From IMG/VR virus record IMGVR_UViG_3300008116_000013: 64,000 nucleotides of DNA; one strand, given 5' to 3'. Position 1 is the stretch's first letter; each line of letters begins with the position of its first letter. Positions 17,905-28,943 of this stretch are shown piece after piece. Source of the stretch: an uncultured virus (IMG/VR IMGVR_UViG_3300008116_000013). Lineage: Duplodnaviria; Heunggongvirae; Uroviricota; Caudoviricetes. The position numbers were made by a program, and so were the translations under genes. Below the pieces are notes generated by a model, which saw only the letters and a list, made by a program, of their open reading frames with translations, was not told the origin of the DNA and did not search any database.

Positions 17905-18582
17905 TTAAGAGTAATTTTTAATTACACCAATGGACCCAACGATTCTTGTGTTTTCTTCTTGAAGATCTTTAATTGTAAAATTCTGCCCATATCTCTCAAA
18001 CTCATATTCTCTTCTTTCAGTTTTAATTTGATTTGAGCTAGTAATTAAACTTGTTAGTTCACTTCTTAAAGATACAATTTGCGATTGCTTTGATGTTATA
18101 GATGATGCGTGTGAGACGCAAACTGAAGATGTACAAGGTATTCTGTAACAAGAAGACAAGTTACCATATAAACTTCCGATTCCAGACTGTGTAGAATCAT
18201 TTTGTGTGTAAACTAACCACGTACCTATACCTACATTTGATGTGACCAAAAATGTGCTAGTACTATCAAAAGGATCTTCACCGTTATAAGTTGGTGAGGA
18301 CATATTTTCACTATAAACTCTTACAACATCAGGAAAAACAGTTGAAACGCCAACAGTTGTTCCACACCCAACAGCATATGCATTTTGTGAAAGAGATACT
18401 ATTTCCGTTTGAAGAACAACTATTGATGCTGCAATAGAAACTATCTTTTTATCAATGTTTGTACAAGGGGGTGAAAATGATTCGATGCTTTCTTGCGATT
18501 CTCCTTTACTCTCATTGAGGAAAGAGATTGCATCCGTATTTGCAGATAATTTTTCACTTAATATTTCACTTAGAAATTTCAT
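17905..18582 (-). CDS. Hypothetical (probably virion-associated) protein
   Basis: 225-aa ORF in the structural operon. Confidence 0.6.
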   Translation of the reverse strand: MKFLSEILSEKLSANTDAISFLNESKGESQESIESFSPPCTNIDKKIVSIAASIVVLQTEIVSLSQNAYAVGCGTTVGVSTVFPDVVRVYSENMSSPTYNGEDPFDSTSTFLVTSNVGIGTWLVYTQNDSTQSGIGSLYGNLSSCYRIPCTSSVCVSHASSITSKQSQIVSLRSELTSLITSSNQIKTERREYEFERYGQNFTIKDLQEENTRIVGSIGVIKNYS

Positions 18583-19240
18583 TTATTTTCTCCTTCAGTT
18601 CTTCAATTTGTTTTTGTTGTTCTTTAATTGCTTCAATTAAAAGACCGACAATGTTTCCATATTGGACACCTTTGTATCCATCAGGATTTTCTCCAACAAC
18701 TTCTGGTATGATTTGTTCAACTTCTTGTGCAATAACTCCAATTTGTGGTTGTTTAGTTTCTTTAAAGTCAAAAGATACTCCACGAAGAGCAGAAACTTTA
18801 TCTAGTGCATTTTCAATTGTATGAACATTTTCTTTGAGTCGTATGTCGGAAGTTGGGAGTTTCTTACCTAATGCAAGTTCTGCTTCTAGATCCTTACCAT
18901 TAATTCTAACCTTTCCAAAAAAATTAGTTCTACCAATAACGGTTAATCTTCCAGATATGTAACTTAGTCCAAATAGATAAACTCCAGAAAAATTCAGAAT
19001 TTTTCCCCTAGTTCCTATAATATTTGGAGGTGCTTTTAAATTAAATGGATTTTTAAGCATCCATAAATTTCCACAAACAGCTTGCTCACCAAGAATTAAA
19101 GAATTACTTTGTCCTATTAACTGCCCAGTGACTTTTACATTTTGATTAAAAGTGCTATTATCGTGATAAAATTTTTCTTTACCTTTTTCAGGAAGAGTTG
19201 GAAATCCAATTAAACTGAATAAAGTATTTACTACTGACAT
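18566..19240 (-). CDS. Protein with C-terminal peptidase S74 (fibre chaperone) domain
   Basis: SDIRLKENV...GVIAQEVEQIIPEVV...GLLIEAIKEQQKQIEELK. Confidence 0.8.
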   Translation of the reverse strand: MSVVNTLFSLIGFPTLPEKGKEKFYHDNSTFNQNVKVTGQLIGQSNSLILGEQAVCGNLWMLKNPFNLKAPPNIIGTRGKILNFSGVYLFGLSYISGRLTVIGRTNFFGKVRINGKDLEAELALGKKLPTSDIRLKENVHTIENALDKVSALRGVSFDFKETKQPQIGVIAQEVEQIIPEVVGENPDGYKGVQYGNIVGLLIEAIKEQQKQIEELKEKINEISK

Positions 19241-19806
19241 TAACCTACTCCTACAATTGCTTTAATTGCGCCAATTACATTTAATCCACCAACAAACACA
19301 TCAGTAATATATTCATTTCCTACAGGTGAGAGTGAGAATGCTCTCTTTCCAAAAGAGTCAAGAATAGCATTACCAGTCAGTGCTACTTGATCTATTTTGT
19401 TTGCTTTCATAATAATGCGACCAGATCCTGATATTGCATTAATATTTCTACCCGCTTTTAAATCTAAATCTTCTACTGCCTCAATCATAATAGTTTTTCC
19501 TTTGATCTTCACTGTACCATTACTCATTGCAGTGATACAAATATCTCCACCCATTCCAGTGAGACAAATATCAACATTTCCCTCAGATCCTGTATTTCCA
19601 GCGACGATTTCAATTCCTTTATCATTTAAAATCTTATAAGACCCTGTTTCAGTAAAAGTCTGCAAATGAACATCATTATCATTTGTATAAGCATACATGT
19701 GATAAACAGATGTTCCATCCATTCCCATTAAGGGATCATTTGTAGTAATTCTAAATTTTGGTCCTACACTAATATAATCTCTTGCTTCGTAATTTCTATG
19801 AGTCAT
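19240..19806 (-). CDS. Baseplate spike-associated protein (gp5 C-terminal-like beta-helix)
   Basis: Beta-strand repeats; directly downstream of the gp5-like gene. Confidence 0.55.
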   Translation of the reverse strand: MTHRNYEARDYISVGPKFRITTNDPLMGMDGTSVYHMYAYTNDNDVHLQTFTETGSYKILNDKGIEIVAGNTGSEGNVDICLTGMGGDICITAMSNGTVKIKGKTIMIEAVEDLDLKAGRNINAISGSGRIIMKANKIDQVALTGNAILDSFGKRAFSLSPVGNEYITDVFVGGLNVIGAIKAIVGVG

Positions 19807-19807
19807 T

Positions 19808-21838
19808 TTATGTTGGACAATCTATTGATGTTTGAATACCTACTTTATCTCTAATTGTTTGTTGAGATATTGTACCAAGAATTGGTTTCAAGATAGCACC
19901 AAATCCAGTGTCTGAGTTAACTGTAATTACAGGAATATCAGAAACCTCCAAAATATTTAGAGGTGTTGCCGAAAGTATTCTACCATTATCAACTGTTAAA
20001 CTATAAGTATTTCCAAGATTATCGGTTGCAGTATCATTGTTAGAGTATTCTAATCCAGCAGTTTGTACTATAACATCAGTAACACCATAAGCATCTTGAT
20101 TTTGCACTAATGGATATCCTTCACCAGAAGATAGCATATAAATTGCAGTTACTTCTCCAGCATCATTGATTACTGCTCTACCTTTTGCACCATATCCTAA
20201 TCCACAACTATCACTAAATTCAACAAAGGGTGGAAACCGATATCCAGAACCAGGATTTGTAACTACAGATCCAATAATACTTGCAGTCTGTGTTACATTA
20301 TTGATTGCATTTATGAGTGGATTTCTAGCACCAAGAATGGCAATTGCTGTTGCTCCAGATCCTCCTCCACCAAAAATGTTAATTGTAGGAGAACCACAAG
20401 TCGCTGGGAATGTTGGAATACACTCACCCAATCCGTTGACAGCATCCTGTAAGATATCGTTTGAGAATACATCTGCAATTCCTGCAACACCTTCAACTGC
20501 AGAAGTTACATCTCCAACAACACTACCAATAGTGTTTGCAATATCAAAAATACTATTAAATGATTCTAGAGGATCTATACTACTCTTTGGACCAACTCCA
20601 ACTACCCATTCTTTAGTTCCATCACACTTATTATTGCTTTGATTACAGTCAAAGAGACCACCAGATCCACTAAATAAATCTTTTGCACTTTTAATAAAAT
20701 CAACAACACTAAAAACACCACCCAATAAAGCAGAAATACCATCTAAAGCAGAAGATAATCCATCAGCAATCGCATCGGTAATTGTATTAATAAGAGATCC
20801 GATGAATTGCTCTGCTATACAAGTTACAAATCTTTCAACATTTTCGAGAAGTGATTCAAGTAACTGAATAATCAAATCTTTAAGACCCTCAACAATTGCA
20901 TTTGCGACACAAGAAAGTGCTTCTTCTAGAACTTTAATCGGAATTACAAAAACTTCATTAGACTTATATCCTGCAGTATGTGCTGCTGCTGGACTACCAG
21001 TTGCAGCAAGAACTGACCCATAAACACTAATATACAGTGCTTGTAATGCTTTTGGAATAATTCCTGGATTTTTCTCATCACCAACTAGATACTCATAAAT
21101 TATATTAAAAATTTCACCAACTAACCAGTTGACTGCACCTTTAATTACCTCAGCAGTATTTTGAATTGCCTGTTTAAAATCAGAAATTTTTCCTTGGGCA
21201 TCTTGTATATCTTTAAGTAAATTATCAACTTCGGATTTTACTGTTTTAATTGTTGTATCTTCACAAGTATCGGCAAATACAACTTTTTTTCCAATACCAC
21301 TATAAGCAGATATTTCTTTTAATCTTGCTGCTACTTCTGGAGGAACTGCTCTTGGACTTTTTTGAGATTGCTCTGTTGCTTCATTTGATTCATCAGATTC
21401 TATTCTACCAGTTCCTTTTGGACTTTTTACTCTAGATGTGTGTCCAGTAAAAGGAGTAAAAGGATTTTTATATTCGGCAGTTGACCAATCACTTGTATGA
21501 CCAAGTGTTCCCATAATAACTGGGATTTGTGCATTATCACCATCCATGAAAAATCCAATGACCATATCGCCAGGTCTTATTTTTGGATTTACTGCATACT
21601 TTGCTGCACCACTTCCAGTAGTAGTTGGGAACATAACCTGCGCCCATGGAAGATCATCATTTGATAATTCAGAAACGTCTAAAGGATGGTATCCTATAAT
21701 TCTAACTTTGTATCTGTATCCCCATCCACCACCATTTGCTTGCTCTTCCCACGATTCTACCGGTGCAATTTGACCTAACCACCAACGAAAACCGTCTCTA
21801 CCAATAAAATGACTTTGAAGTAATGATTGATCTAACAT
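19808..21838 (-). CDS. gp5: Baseplate hub subunit gp5 (N-terminal OB-fold)
   Basis: GRDGFRWWLGQ...RYKVRIIGYHP...DDLPWAQV...VIGFFMDGDNAQIPVIMG. Confidence 0.85.
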   Translation of the reverse strand: MLDQSLLQSHFIGRDGFRWWLGQIAPVESWEEQANGGGWGYRYKVRIIGYHPLDVSELSNDDLPWAQVMFPTTTGSGAAKYAVNPKIRPGDMVIGFFMDGDNAQIPVIMGTLGHTSDWSTAEYKNPFTPFTGHTSRVKSPKGTGRIESDESNEATEQSQKSPRAVPPEVAARLKEISAYSGIGKKVVFADTCEDTTIKTVKSEVDNLLKDIQDAQGKISDFKQAIQNTAEVIKGAVNWLVGEIFNIIYEYLVGDEKNPGIIPKALQALYISVYGSVLAATGSPAAAHTAGYKSNEVFVIPIKVLEEALSCVANAIVEGLKDLIIQLLESLLENVERFVTCIAEQFIGSLINTITDAIADGLSSALDGISALLGGVFSVVDFIKSAKDLFSGSGGLFDCNQSNNKCDGTKEWVVGVGPKSSIDPLESFNSIFDIANTIGSVVGDVTSAVEGVAGIADVFSNDILQDAVNGLGECIPTFPATCGSPTINIFGGGGSGATAIAILGARNPLINAINNVTQTASIIGSVVTNPGSGYRFPPFVEFSDSCGLGYGAKGRAVINDAGEVTAIYMLSSGEGYPLVQNQDAYGVTDVIVQTAGLEYSNNDTATDNLGNTYSLTVDNGRILSATPLNILEVSDIPVITVNSDTGFGAILKPILGTISQQTIRDKVGIQTSIDCPT

Positions 21839-23185
21839 TTACGTTTTTCTTGCCTCTACATTGACTCCAAATGTATCACGAATGAGTTTCATAGATGTAT
21901 ATGAATTCTCAACATCAAAATGATGACATAGTTCTTTAATCATATATAGACCACTTGTTTCAGGGTCAAATTCTTTTGCATTTGATTGAGTGATTTTTGG
22001 AAAGTTGCATTCAATGATATCACCAGCTTTTAGATTTGTATTTGACGGTACAACAATATTAACAACCTGAGTAAACAATGTGTTATATCTCATGAGTGAT
22101 TGTGATTGATAATCTATTGGATCTGCATTTAGATTTTTAGATACATCTTTTTCCATTGTTCCAACATCTAAAATTCCAGTGATAATTCTAGTTGGAATAT
22201 CTCCAAGAGTTTGACTTGAATTATTATCTAATCTTGGAAGATTAAATGATTTTCTTCCAAGATTACTTGTTTTTCGATCATAATTACTTTGTTTGAATAC
22301 TTCTTTACCTGGAGATGTGATTGTTCCATTTAATGGATTAAAGAAAATTCTATAATTTGCATAAGTTCCTAAACGAAGTTTTTCAAGTAAATTTTGATTT
22401 TTATCAACATAGTAATTCAAAATTTTAAAATCATTATTTACTTTTTTATCATTCTCATCATAAGATGTTTGAGATTCTGTATAAGTATAAGTTGCTTTTG
22501 GACTTTGTTTCATTAGTTCATCAAGAGATCTAAATTGAAACCCATCTTGAGTTTGATAGAAGACAAAACCAGCAGTAGCACTTCCAGAACTTTCAGGAAC
22601 TGCTTTTGATGCTAACCAAACTAAAACTGTAAATGGTTTTCTTAGATTGCCAATGAAACCATATTTGTTAGATGAAGGATTTATTGTTCCTAATTTATTT
22701 GTTTTTAATGTATCCCTTAAAATTGCCGATACAGAATCACTAATTCTTAAAGAAGTTGGAAATTTTTTAGAAACTCTTACTGTTTCATTCGTGATTGCTT
22801 CTCTTGATACTAAATGCAAAGTAAATGTTTCTCTGTTTGTTTCAGATATTACATCAGTGATGCTTGAAACATAAAAATAGTCATCTGCTTTCTTAGAAAA
22901 ATTTAATCCTGGATTTGTTGCTGAGTTGCCAGCGATATTTAAAGAAACCCTTTCTCCCCCACGAAGAGGAAGACCATTATAAATTGACTGCTTATCCCCA
23001 CTTTTACCATCTGCTGGTGTGATAACATTTCCATTATCAATGACTTTAAGTTTTGCAGTGATTGTTGGTGAAAAAATATCTTCATAATACTCAAATAAAA
23101 TAGCACCAGTTATTAGATCAATCGTTCTTGATCCGTCATTTGATTCTAAAATAAGTTCATTGTATAAGGACTTTTTAATTGACAT
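21839..23185 (-). CDS. Baseplate hub protein (gp27-like)
   Basis: YYEDIFSPTITA...FYQTQDGFQFRS...LKAGDII...SGLYMIKELCH; upstream of gp5. Confidence 0.65.
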   Translation of the reverse strand: MSIKKSLYNELILESNDGSRTIDLITGAILFEYYEDIFSPTITAKLKVIDNGNVITPADGKSGDKQSIYNGLPLRGGERVSLNIAGNSATNPGLNFSKKADDYFYVSSITDVISETNRETFTLHLVSREAITNETVRVSKKFPTSLRISDSVSAILRDTLKTNKLGTINPSSNKYGFIGNLRKPFTVLVWLASKAVPESSGSATAGFVFYQTQDGFQFRSLDELMKQSPKATYTYTESQTSYDENDKKVNNDFKILNYYVDKNQNLLEKLRLGTYANYRIFFNPLNGTITSPGKEVFKQSNYDRKTSNLGRKSFNLPRLDNNSSQTLGDIPTRIITGILDVGTMEKDVSKNLNADPIDYQSQSLMRYNTLFTQVVNIVVPSNTNLKAGDIIECNFPKITQSNAKEFDPETSGLYMIKELCHHFDVENSYTSMKLIRDTFGVNVEARKT

Positions 23186-25113
23186 TATAGATACGCCAGA
23201 TCGAGCAAGAGTTTGTTCTTAATAAAATTATTTAACAGTTTAAATTCGGTGATTGTTGGAGTAACTGTAGGTTGTTGAGATGGGTATGATACTTGTGGTG
23301 CTTGTGCCTGTGGTTGTGTATCATCAATGAATATTATTTGTGATCCTTTTCTTTCGGGAGTCATTGCCGCTGGTTGTCCCATTCGTGAAGATGGGAAAGA
23401 AATTTGTGCGGGTGGAGTACTAGGTTGTGATGTTATTGCTCCAGGTTTAGCATATTTTAAAGGGTGTCTTTTTAACCAGGATCCTGGATCTTCAAAAGAA
23501 GTAAACTGCCCATTACTTTGTGGAGGATTATTTGAGATTTCCCAGTGTAAATGTGGTCCAGTTGATTCACCTGTGCTTCCAACATAACCCATCAAAGTTC
23601 CCTGATTAATAACTTGTCCAACACTTACAGAAGGACGATTTCTCATATGACCAAAGAAATGATATGCACCATACATATCATCTTGCCAAACAACCCAGTT
23701 TCCGTAACCAGCAGAAGATGCAGTTCCATCTATACCAATATGAGTTACTTTTCCAGGAAAATATGCATATAAAGGAGTTCCACTAGCAGCAGCAATATCA
23801 TATCCTTTATGTTGTTTTCCCCATCTCATTCCTTTTCCTGAGGTTATTGTTGCTCCAGAACCAGGTTTAAATGGACTATATGGAACACTTAAAGGTTTAT
23901 TACCCATTGATGCACCACTTGTTCCAGTTACAGGTGTAAAACTTGTTGCTAAAGGAGTTTGTGGAGTAACCGATGGTTTTTGTGGTTGTCCTGATGAAGG
24001 TTTAAAGTTTTTAATAAATTGATTGTGTTTTCTTCTCCGTTCAGCATAAACTCCTTTAGATGGATTCTCCCATTGTATCATCCAGTCATCTGCCGCCTCT
24101 TCTGGAGTATTAAACTGTTTTCTTAAATATAATGGAGTATTTGGATCATTCTTTATTGCAAAATCAACTTGTCCTTTCCAATTAGTTTTATAATCAGGAA
24201 CTGCTTTTAAAAATGCGTTTTTTCTTGACGGAAAAGAATATTGAAATAATCCAACACCAGATTTTGTCCCACCTTTTTCAGTAACTCCAATTTGAAATCC
24301 ACTTTCTCCTTGTATATTTGCCAAAATACCAAGTGCATGAATATGGGGCACTCCCAACTGTCTTAAATATGAATAAACTGCCTGAGGACTTACTGTTCCA
24401 CTACTAGCAGTATCTTCTTCAGGAAACATAGTATCAGGTCTTTCTTCATCAAGAGCAGGTGCTTGTTCTCCGGTTTCTACAGATTCATTAAGTGGTGTGG
24501 TAAAAAGTCTGAATGTTTCTGTAATTTCATCACCTAAACCTTGAACTGCAAGATTAAGTTCATCAAAAGATTGTGCAACACTTCCCTCACTAAACGAATT
24601 AAAATCAAGTGTAATAATTGCATTGAATGAATTCTCTAAAACAGATCCAAATGATTTGATAATATTTTGCATATTACCGACCATATTATACATCGTTCTA
24701 CCAAATATCTGAATTCTAGTTACAAACTCTTGACCCATAAAAATCCAAGTCGGTAGATTTTCTACAATCCATCCAGCAGTTATAAATCCTAAAAATCCAA
24801 CCAATCTCCCTAAAGGTCCCTTATCACTTCTCCCTGCAAAGGCAAGTCCTCTTGAAGGAGATGTTGATACTCTAGAAGATTCTAACTGATCCTCAATTTC
24901 TTGTCTTTTTGCTGCTTCTCTTCTTCTAGATTCAATAAGTTGAGTATTTGCAAATAATTCTCTTTTAACTCTAGTATTTGTCGCAATAATTTTAGAGATA
25001 TTACTAACAGAATCATTAACAGAAGAAACACTTCTCTTTGTTTCAAACAAAGATTTAGAAATATTGGTAATATTAATTGATGATGTTCTAAGTGAATCTG
25101 ATATTGATGCCAT
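23185..25113 (-). CDS. Tail-associated protein with phage-lysozyme-like and M23 peptidase domains
   Basis: GILANIQGESG...GLFQY (tail lysozyme); HKGYD...GYGN...STGPHLHWE (M23 HxxxD/HxH). Confidence 0.85.
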   Translation of the reverse strand: MASISDSLRTSSINITNISKSLFETKRSVSSVNDSVSNISKIIATNTRVKRELFANTQLIESRRREAAKRQEIEDQLESSRVSTSPSRGLAFAGRSDKGPLGRLVGFLGFITAGWIVENLPTWIFMGQEFVTRIQIFGRTMYNMVGNMQNIIKSFGSVLENSFNAIITLDFNSFSEGSVAQSFDELNLAVQGLGDEITETFRLFTTPLNESVETGEQAPALDEERPDTMFPEEDTASSGTVSPQAVYSYLRQLGVPHIHALGILANIQGESGFQIGVTEKGGTKSGVGLFQYSFPSRKNAFLKAVPDYKTNWKGQVDFAIKNDPNTPLYLRKQFNTPEEAADDWMIQWENPSKGVYAERRRKHNQFIKNFKPSSGQPQKPSVTPQTPLATSFTPVTGTSGASMGNKPLSVPYSPFKPGSGATITSGKGMRWGKQHKGYDIAAASGTPLYAYFPGKVTHIGIDGTASSAGYGNWVVWQDDMYGAYHFFGHMRNRPSVSVGQVINQGTLMGYVGSTGESTGPHLHWEISNNPPQSNGQFTSFEDPGSWLKRHPLKYAKPGAITSQPSTPPAQISFPSSRMGQPAAMTPERKGSQIIFIDDTQPQAQAPQVSYPSQQPTVTPTITEFKLLNNFIKNKLLLDLAYL

Positions 25114-25114
25114 C

Positions 25115-26731
25115 TTATGTTACCACATTATAATTTAACTGAGAATATAAAACATAAAAATTATCAGGATTTGCAGAGTTAATCAAAGGAACATCAGATA
25201 ATGCTCCACTTGTCAATGGAACATTTGCTTGTTGATTAGCATTATTTGATGATTTAATCATTGTTATTGATGGTTGTGGTTCTGGCAACTGACCAACCTG
25301 TGTTGGTGGTTTTGCAGGTGGTGTAACTTCTGCTGGAGATGCTACAACAGCATCTGGCAATCTCATTTCGGACCAATTGTATCCTTTAGATGCTGCCCAA
25401 GATTTTGCTTGTTGCTTTTCTTCTGGAGTCATTTTACTCCATGCATCTTCAATTCTCCCTCTTGCAAAGGGATTATTTCTATATTGCCATGCCTGTTCAA
25501 ATTTTGAAACCATTTCTGGACTTGGAGCAGATGGCATCATGGTAGTTTGTGGTTGCACTGCAGCAGGAGCAGGTGCTGGTGCGGCCGCAGGTGCAGGTTC
25601 TGCTGCTGGTTTTGGAGATTCTTTTGGTTTTTCTTCTGCTGCTGGTTTTAGAGATTCTTTAGGTTTTTCTTCTGTTAAAATTCTAGTATTTGTTTCAGTT
25701 TTTCCAAAAAACTTATCATAAATTTCTTTTCCAAACTTTTGACCTGGACCATATGCAAGAGCACCAGAAATAAGTCCTGTTCCTGGAATAGGTATTAAAG
25801 ATCCTAAACCAAAAGCGGCAGCAGAAGTAATCATACCGCTCGTGGCACCTGCAACTGCTCTGGCAGGATTTTCTCCTCCAGCAATGTCAAGTCCTGTCAT
25901 CAATGCACCAATTGCAATATTACTTCTTACATTAAGACCACTACCAGGTTTTGGTCCAGCAGGTTTTGGTCCAGCAGGCTTTGGACCGCCAATACGAGGG
26001 AGTAATGCTGCTGCAATTGCTAAAGGTTTTGCAATTAATAATCTTGTTAATCCAAAAGCAATTCTACCAATTGTATTTTTAACAATCGAAAATCCTGCAC
26101 GAATTGCTAGTAAACCACCACCAATGATTGCAAGATTTTTAATAATATTAAATTTAATATTATTAAAGAGACTTGTATTCTTATCTTCAGATGCTTGTAT
26201 TGCTTGGACAACTTGATTTGTTAACCAACCACCAAATAAAATTCCAAGTGCAGCACCAATTCTACCAAAGACATCATCTACCTTTGGAGTTAATTTCTGA
26301 ACTGGAGTAACAAGAGCATTTTGTATCTTTTGCTCTAATTCATTCTCTTTACCAATTCTAACTTGTTGTTCTGCTAATCTTCTTTCTTTCTCTTGTTCTG
26401 CTCTTGTTCTAGATATTTCTTCAGCATTATCTTGTTGGAGAAGTGTTGCAATGCTTGCAAGACCTGTTCCTAACTTACCAATATCAGATCTTAATGCTTG
26501 AATATTAGAATTAAATCCTAAGAGTGCTTGCTCTTGAGACTGAATCACTCTAACATTCTGGTTATCAATTTCTCTTTTTCTATTTTCAGATTCTATTAAT
26601 TGATTTCTGAAAACAGATTGATCAATTATTGATTTCTTTAAAAGTGCATTTCTAACTTCTTGAGACAGAGGAGATCCCGTGCCTGGATCTATTCCAGATC
26701 TACCAACTTTTTCGGGATCTAACTCAGCCAT
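25115..26731 (-). CDS. Baseplate/tail structural protein (coiled-coil and Pro/Ala-rich)
   Basis: Position downstream of gp26/gp51; PKPAG and EEKPKES mini-repeats. Confidence 0.6.
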   Translation of the reverse strand: MAELDPEKVGRSGIDPGTGSPLSQEVRNALLKKSIIDQSVFRNQLIESENRKREIDNQNVRVIQSQEQALLGFNSNIQALRSDIGKLGTGLASIATLLQQDNAEEISRTRAEQEKERRLAEQQVRIGKENELEQKIQNALVTPVQKLTPKVDDVFGRIGAALGILFGGWLTNQVVQAIQASEDKNTSLFNNIKFNIIKNLAIIGGGLLAIRAGFSIVKNTIGRIAFGLTRLLIAKPLAIAAALLPRIGGPKPAGPKPAGPKPGSGLNVRSNIAIGALMTGLDIAGGENPARAVAGATSGMITSAAAFGLGSLIPIPGTGLISGALAYGPGQKFGKEIYDKFFGKTETNTRILTEEKPKESLKPAAEEKPKESPKPAAEPAPAAAPAPAPAAVQPQTTMMPSAPSPEMVSKFEQAWQYRNNPFARGRIEDAWSKMTPEEKQQAKSWAASKGYNWSEMRLPDAVVASPAEVTPPAKPPTQVGQLPEPQPSITMIKSSNNANQQANVPLTSGALSDVPLINSANPDNFYVLYSQLNYNVVT

Positions 26732-26897
26732 TTGTGTTGTTCTTTAAGTTTTCTTCTTCAATATATTGTTTGAGAAGAGCAATATAAACTTCCCTTTCCC
26801 AAGGTATAAGATTTTCTATTTCTGTCAATGAATATTTATGGTGTTGAACAAGAGAAAAGTTAGTTTTATAATATGACTCAAGATTTTCATGAGCCAT
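26724..26897 (-). CDS. gp51: Baseplate hub assembly catalyst gp51 (57 aa; not in ORF track)
   Basis: MAHENLESYYKTNFSLVQHHKYSLTEIENLIPWEREVYIALL; follows gp26. Confidence 0.85.
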   Translation of the reverse strand: MAHENLESYYKTNFSLVQHHKYSLTEIENLIPWEREVYIALLKQYIEEENLKNNTNG

Positions 26898-26899
26898 TC

Positions 26900-27625
26900 C
26901 TAAGCGAAAAAACTTGATAACCCTTCCAGTAATACTTCACTCTCAACTCCAGTATTTGGATTCTTGACTTTAAGTGTATGAGAAAGTTTAGGCATCGTTG
27001 CAAAAAACTTTTCAACTTCTTTGAATTGCTTTGAACTTAACTGATCAATAAATTCAGAAAGTTCTTTTGCTGTGCAATCAGATGCTGACCAAGATTCTTC
27101 TTCATTATAAACTTGTTCCACACAAGACATAATCAAATCAAAAGTATCATCAACACTCATGTTAAAGTCATTTCCAAAGTTTGTTTTGATAAACTCTTTC
27201 ATTGATGGATACTTCATTCTAAGAGTTAGATTAGAATCTAATTTAATATCTCTAGAATGTTCTTCATTTACACTAATTTTAATATCATCAAGATTAATGC
27301 TGATTGGAACTTGTGTTTGACCATCATCAGGACAAGTAATTAAAACATCAACATTTTCACCAACAGACTTTCCACGAATATTAAGAAACAAATATTCAAT
27401 ATCAAAGGTTGCAAGTTGATCAACCTTAATTCCTTTTGTTAAAATACAATTGCTAATGACATTTTTAACAGCATCAGCAATTTGTTTTGAGTCTTCACTC
27501 TCCATTGCAATAATCAAGATCTTTTCTTCTTTTACAAGAAAAGGGCGATATTTGATTTCTTTTTTAAGAGATGGAATTTCTAAACTATAAGACGGAGTTA
27601 CAACAGTGGGTAATGGCATATTCAC
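26900..27625 (-). CDS. gp26: Baseplate hub subunit gp26
   Basis: MPLP...YRPFLVKEEKIL...FDIEYLFLNIRGKSVGE. Confidence 0.9.
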   Translation of the reverse strand: MNMPLPTVVTPSYSLEIPSLKKEIKYRPFLVKEEKILIIAMESEDSKQIADAVKNVISNCILTKGIKVDQLATFDIEYLFLNIRGKSVGENVDVLITCPDDGQTQVPISINLDDIKISVNEEHSRDIKLDSNLTLRMKYPSMKEFIKTNFGNDFNMSVDDTFDLIMSCVEQVYNEEESWSASDCTAKELSEFIDQLSSKQFKEVEKFFATMPKLSHTLKVKNPNTGVESEVLLEGLSSFFA

Positions 27626-27646
27626 CTACAAATCAGATAAAATTAT

Positions 27647-28465
27647 TTATCTATACTTTTGCAGATCCGTCCCGTAAAGAGACTCATATAAAGTTTGACC
27701 AGCAGGTAACAATTCTACACCATTTGAAGGAATAGATCCAGGAGATCTTGGAACTAATCTTGGTTTTGGATCTCTTTGTGGTTGTTGTGGAGGTTGCCCG
27801 ACTTCGTTATTATTATCAATATTCTCAAAAATATCTTTACTATAAGATTTACCAACTACATAACGCTCAATTTTAAATGTTGCTTGCATAGACATCACGT
27901 TTGATTGTGAGTATGAAACTGGAATTGATGCAATATTATAAGGATACAAACCGATAAAAGTATATTCCAATTCTCTCTTATAATCACGATCAAATTTAAT
28001 AATACGAGTGCGATTTGATTTGTAATATTCCGGATACTGCATTCTAGTAAAATATCCTTGATCAACATTATTATTGATTGGATTTAATTGACTATCAATT
28101 GGATTAGTAGATCCACTTGCGATGAATTCCATCCAATGTTCAAGAAACTTCAAGGTTTTATAATTTTTATCGACATAAAATTCTAGACTAATATCTTGAT
28201 AGACTCTACGATGAGCAAAATTTTCTGTGATTCCAATATAGTTTCCAGAAACTTCTGCTACTGAAAGTTGTGTTGTTGGAAGAGCAGCATTATTACATAA
28301 AAGTCCAACATCTTCTGCAATGAATCGACGATCAATTCCTTTTCTACTTAGATAAGATAATAATTGTGGAGGAAGACCACCAAACTTTACTTCATAATGA
28401 GAAGTTTGAGCAAGGTTAGTGAATAATGGTTTTATATCCGATATTCTACGGGGTCTAACTGCCAC
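27647..28465 (-). CDS. Tail tube initiator / gp19-gp54 family protein
   Basis: LLCNNAALP...HRRVYQDISLEFYVD...FLEHWMEFI...YP. Confidence 0.7.
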   Translation of the reverse strand: MAVRPRRISDIKPLFTNLAQTSHYEVKFGGLPPQLLSYLSRKGIDRRFIAEDVGLLCNNAALPTTQLSVAEVSGNYIGITENFAHRRVYQDISLEFYVDKNYKTLKFLEHWMEFIASGSTNPIDSQLNPINNNVDQGYFTRMQYPEYYKSNRTRIIKFDRDYKRELEYTFIGLYPYNIASIPVSYSQSNVMSMQATFKIERYVVGKSYSKDIFENIDNNNEVGQPPQQPQRDPKPRLVPRSPGSIPSNGVELLPAGQTLYESLYGTDLQKYR

Positions 28466-28505
28466 TCTAAATACCTTATATGAGTCTTATAGTATAAGTA
28501 TTTAG

Positions 28506-28943
28506 ATGTCATACAAAGGAAAATATAAACCATCATTTCCAGATAAGTATCGTGGAGATGTTACAAATATCATATATCGTTCTTTATGGGAAAGAAAATT
28601 TTGCACTTATTGCGATCTAAATGAAAATATAATTGAATGGCAATCTGAAGAAAAAGCGATTCCCTACCGTTCTCCAGTGGACGGGAAGATACATCGTTAC
28701 TTTCCAGATTTTCTTATTAAAGTCAAAGAATCGAATGGGTCAATCAAAAAATATATGATTGAGATTAAACCATCAAAGCAAACGGTTCCTCCTATCAAAC
28801 CTCAAAGACAAACGAAGAGATATATCAGTGAGGTTTATGAGTATGCTAAAAATCAATCAAAGTGGGAAGCAGCAAAAGAATGGTGTGCTGATCGTGGATA
28901 TGAGTTCAAAATCATCACAGAACACGAACTAGGTATCAAGTAA
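28506..28943 (+). CDS. gp4: Head completion nuclease gp4
   Basis: YKGKYKP...IIYRSLWERKF...HRYFPDF...IEIKP...NQSKWEAA. Confidence 0.92.
   Translation: MSYKGKYKPSFPDKYRGDVTNIIYRSLWERKFCTYCDLNENIIEWQSEEKAIPYRSPVDGKIHRYFPDFLIKVKESNGSIKKYMIEIKPSKQTVPPIKPQRQTKRYISEVYEYAKNQSKWEAAKEWCADRGYEFKIITEHELGIK

Noticed and set aside
25550..25990. Short tandem repeats (PKPAG x3, EEKPKES x2, AP-rich tract)
   Set aside because: Low-complexity coding linkers with no sign of independent function
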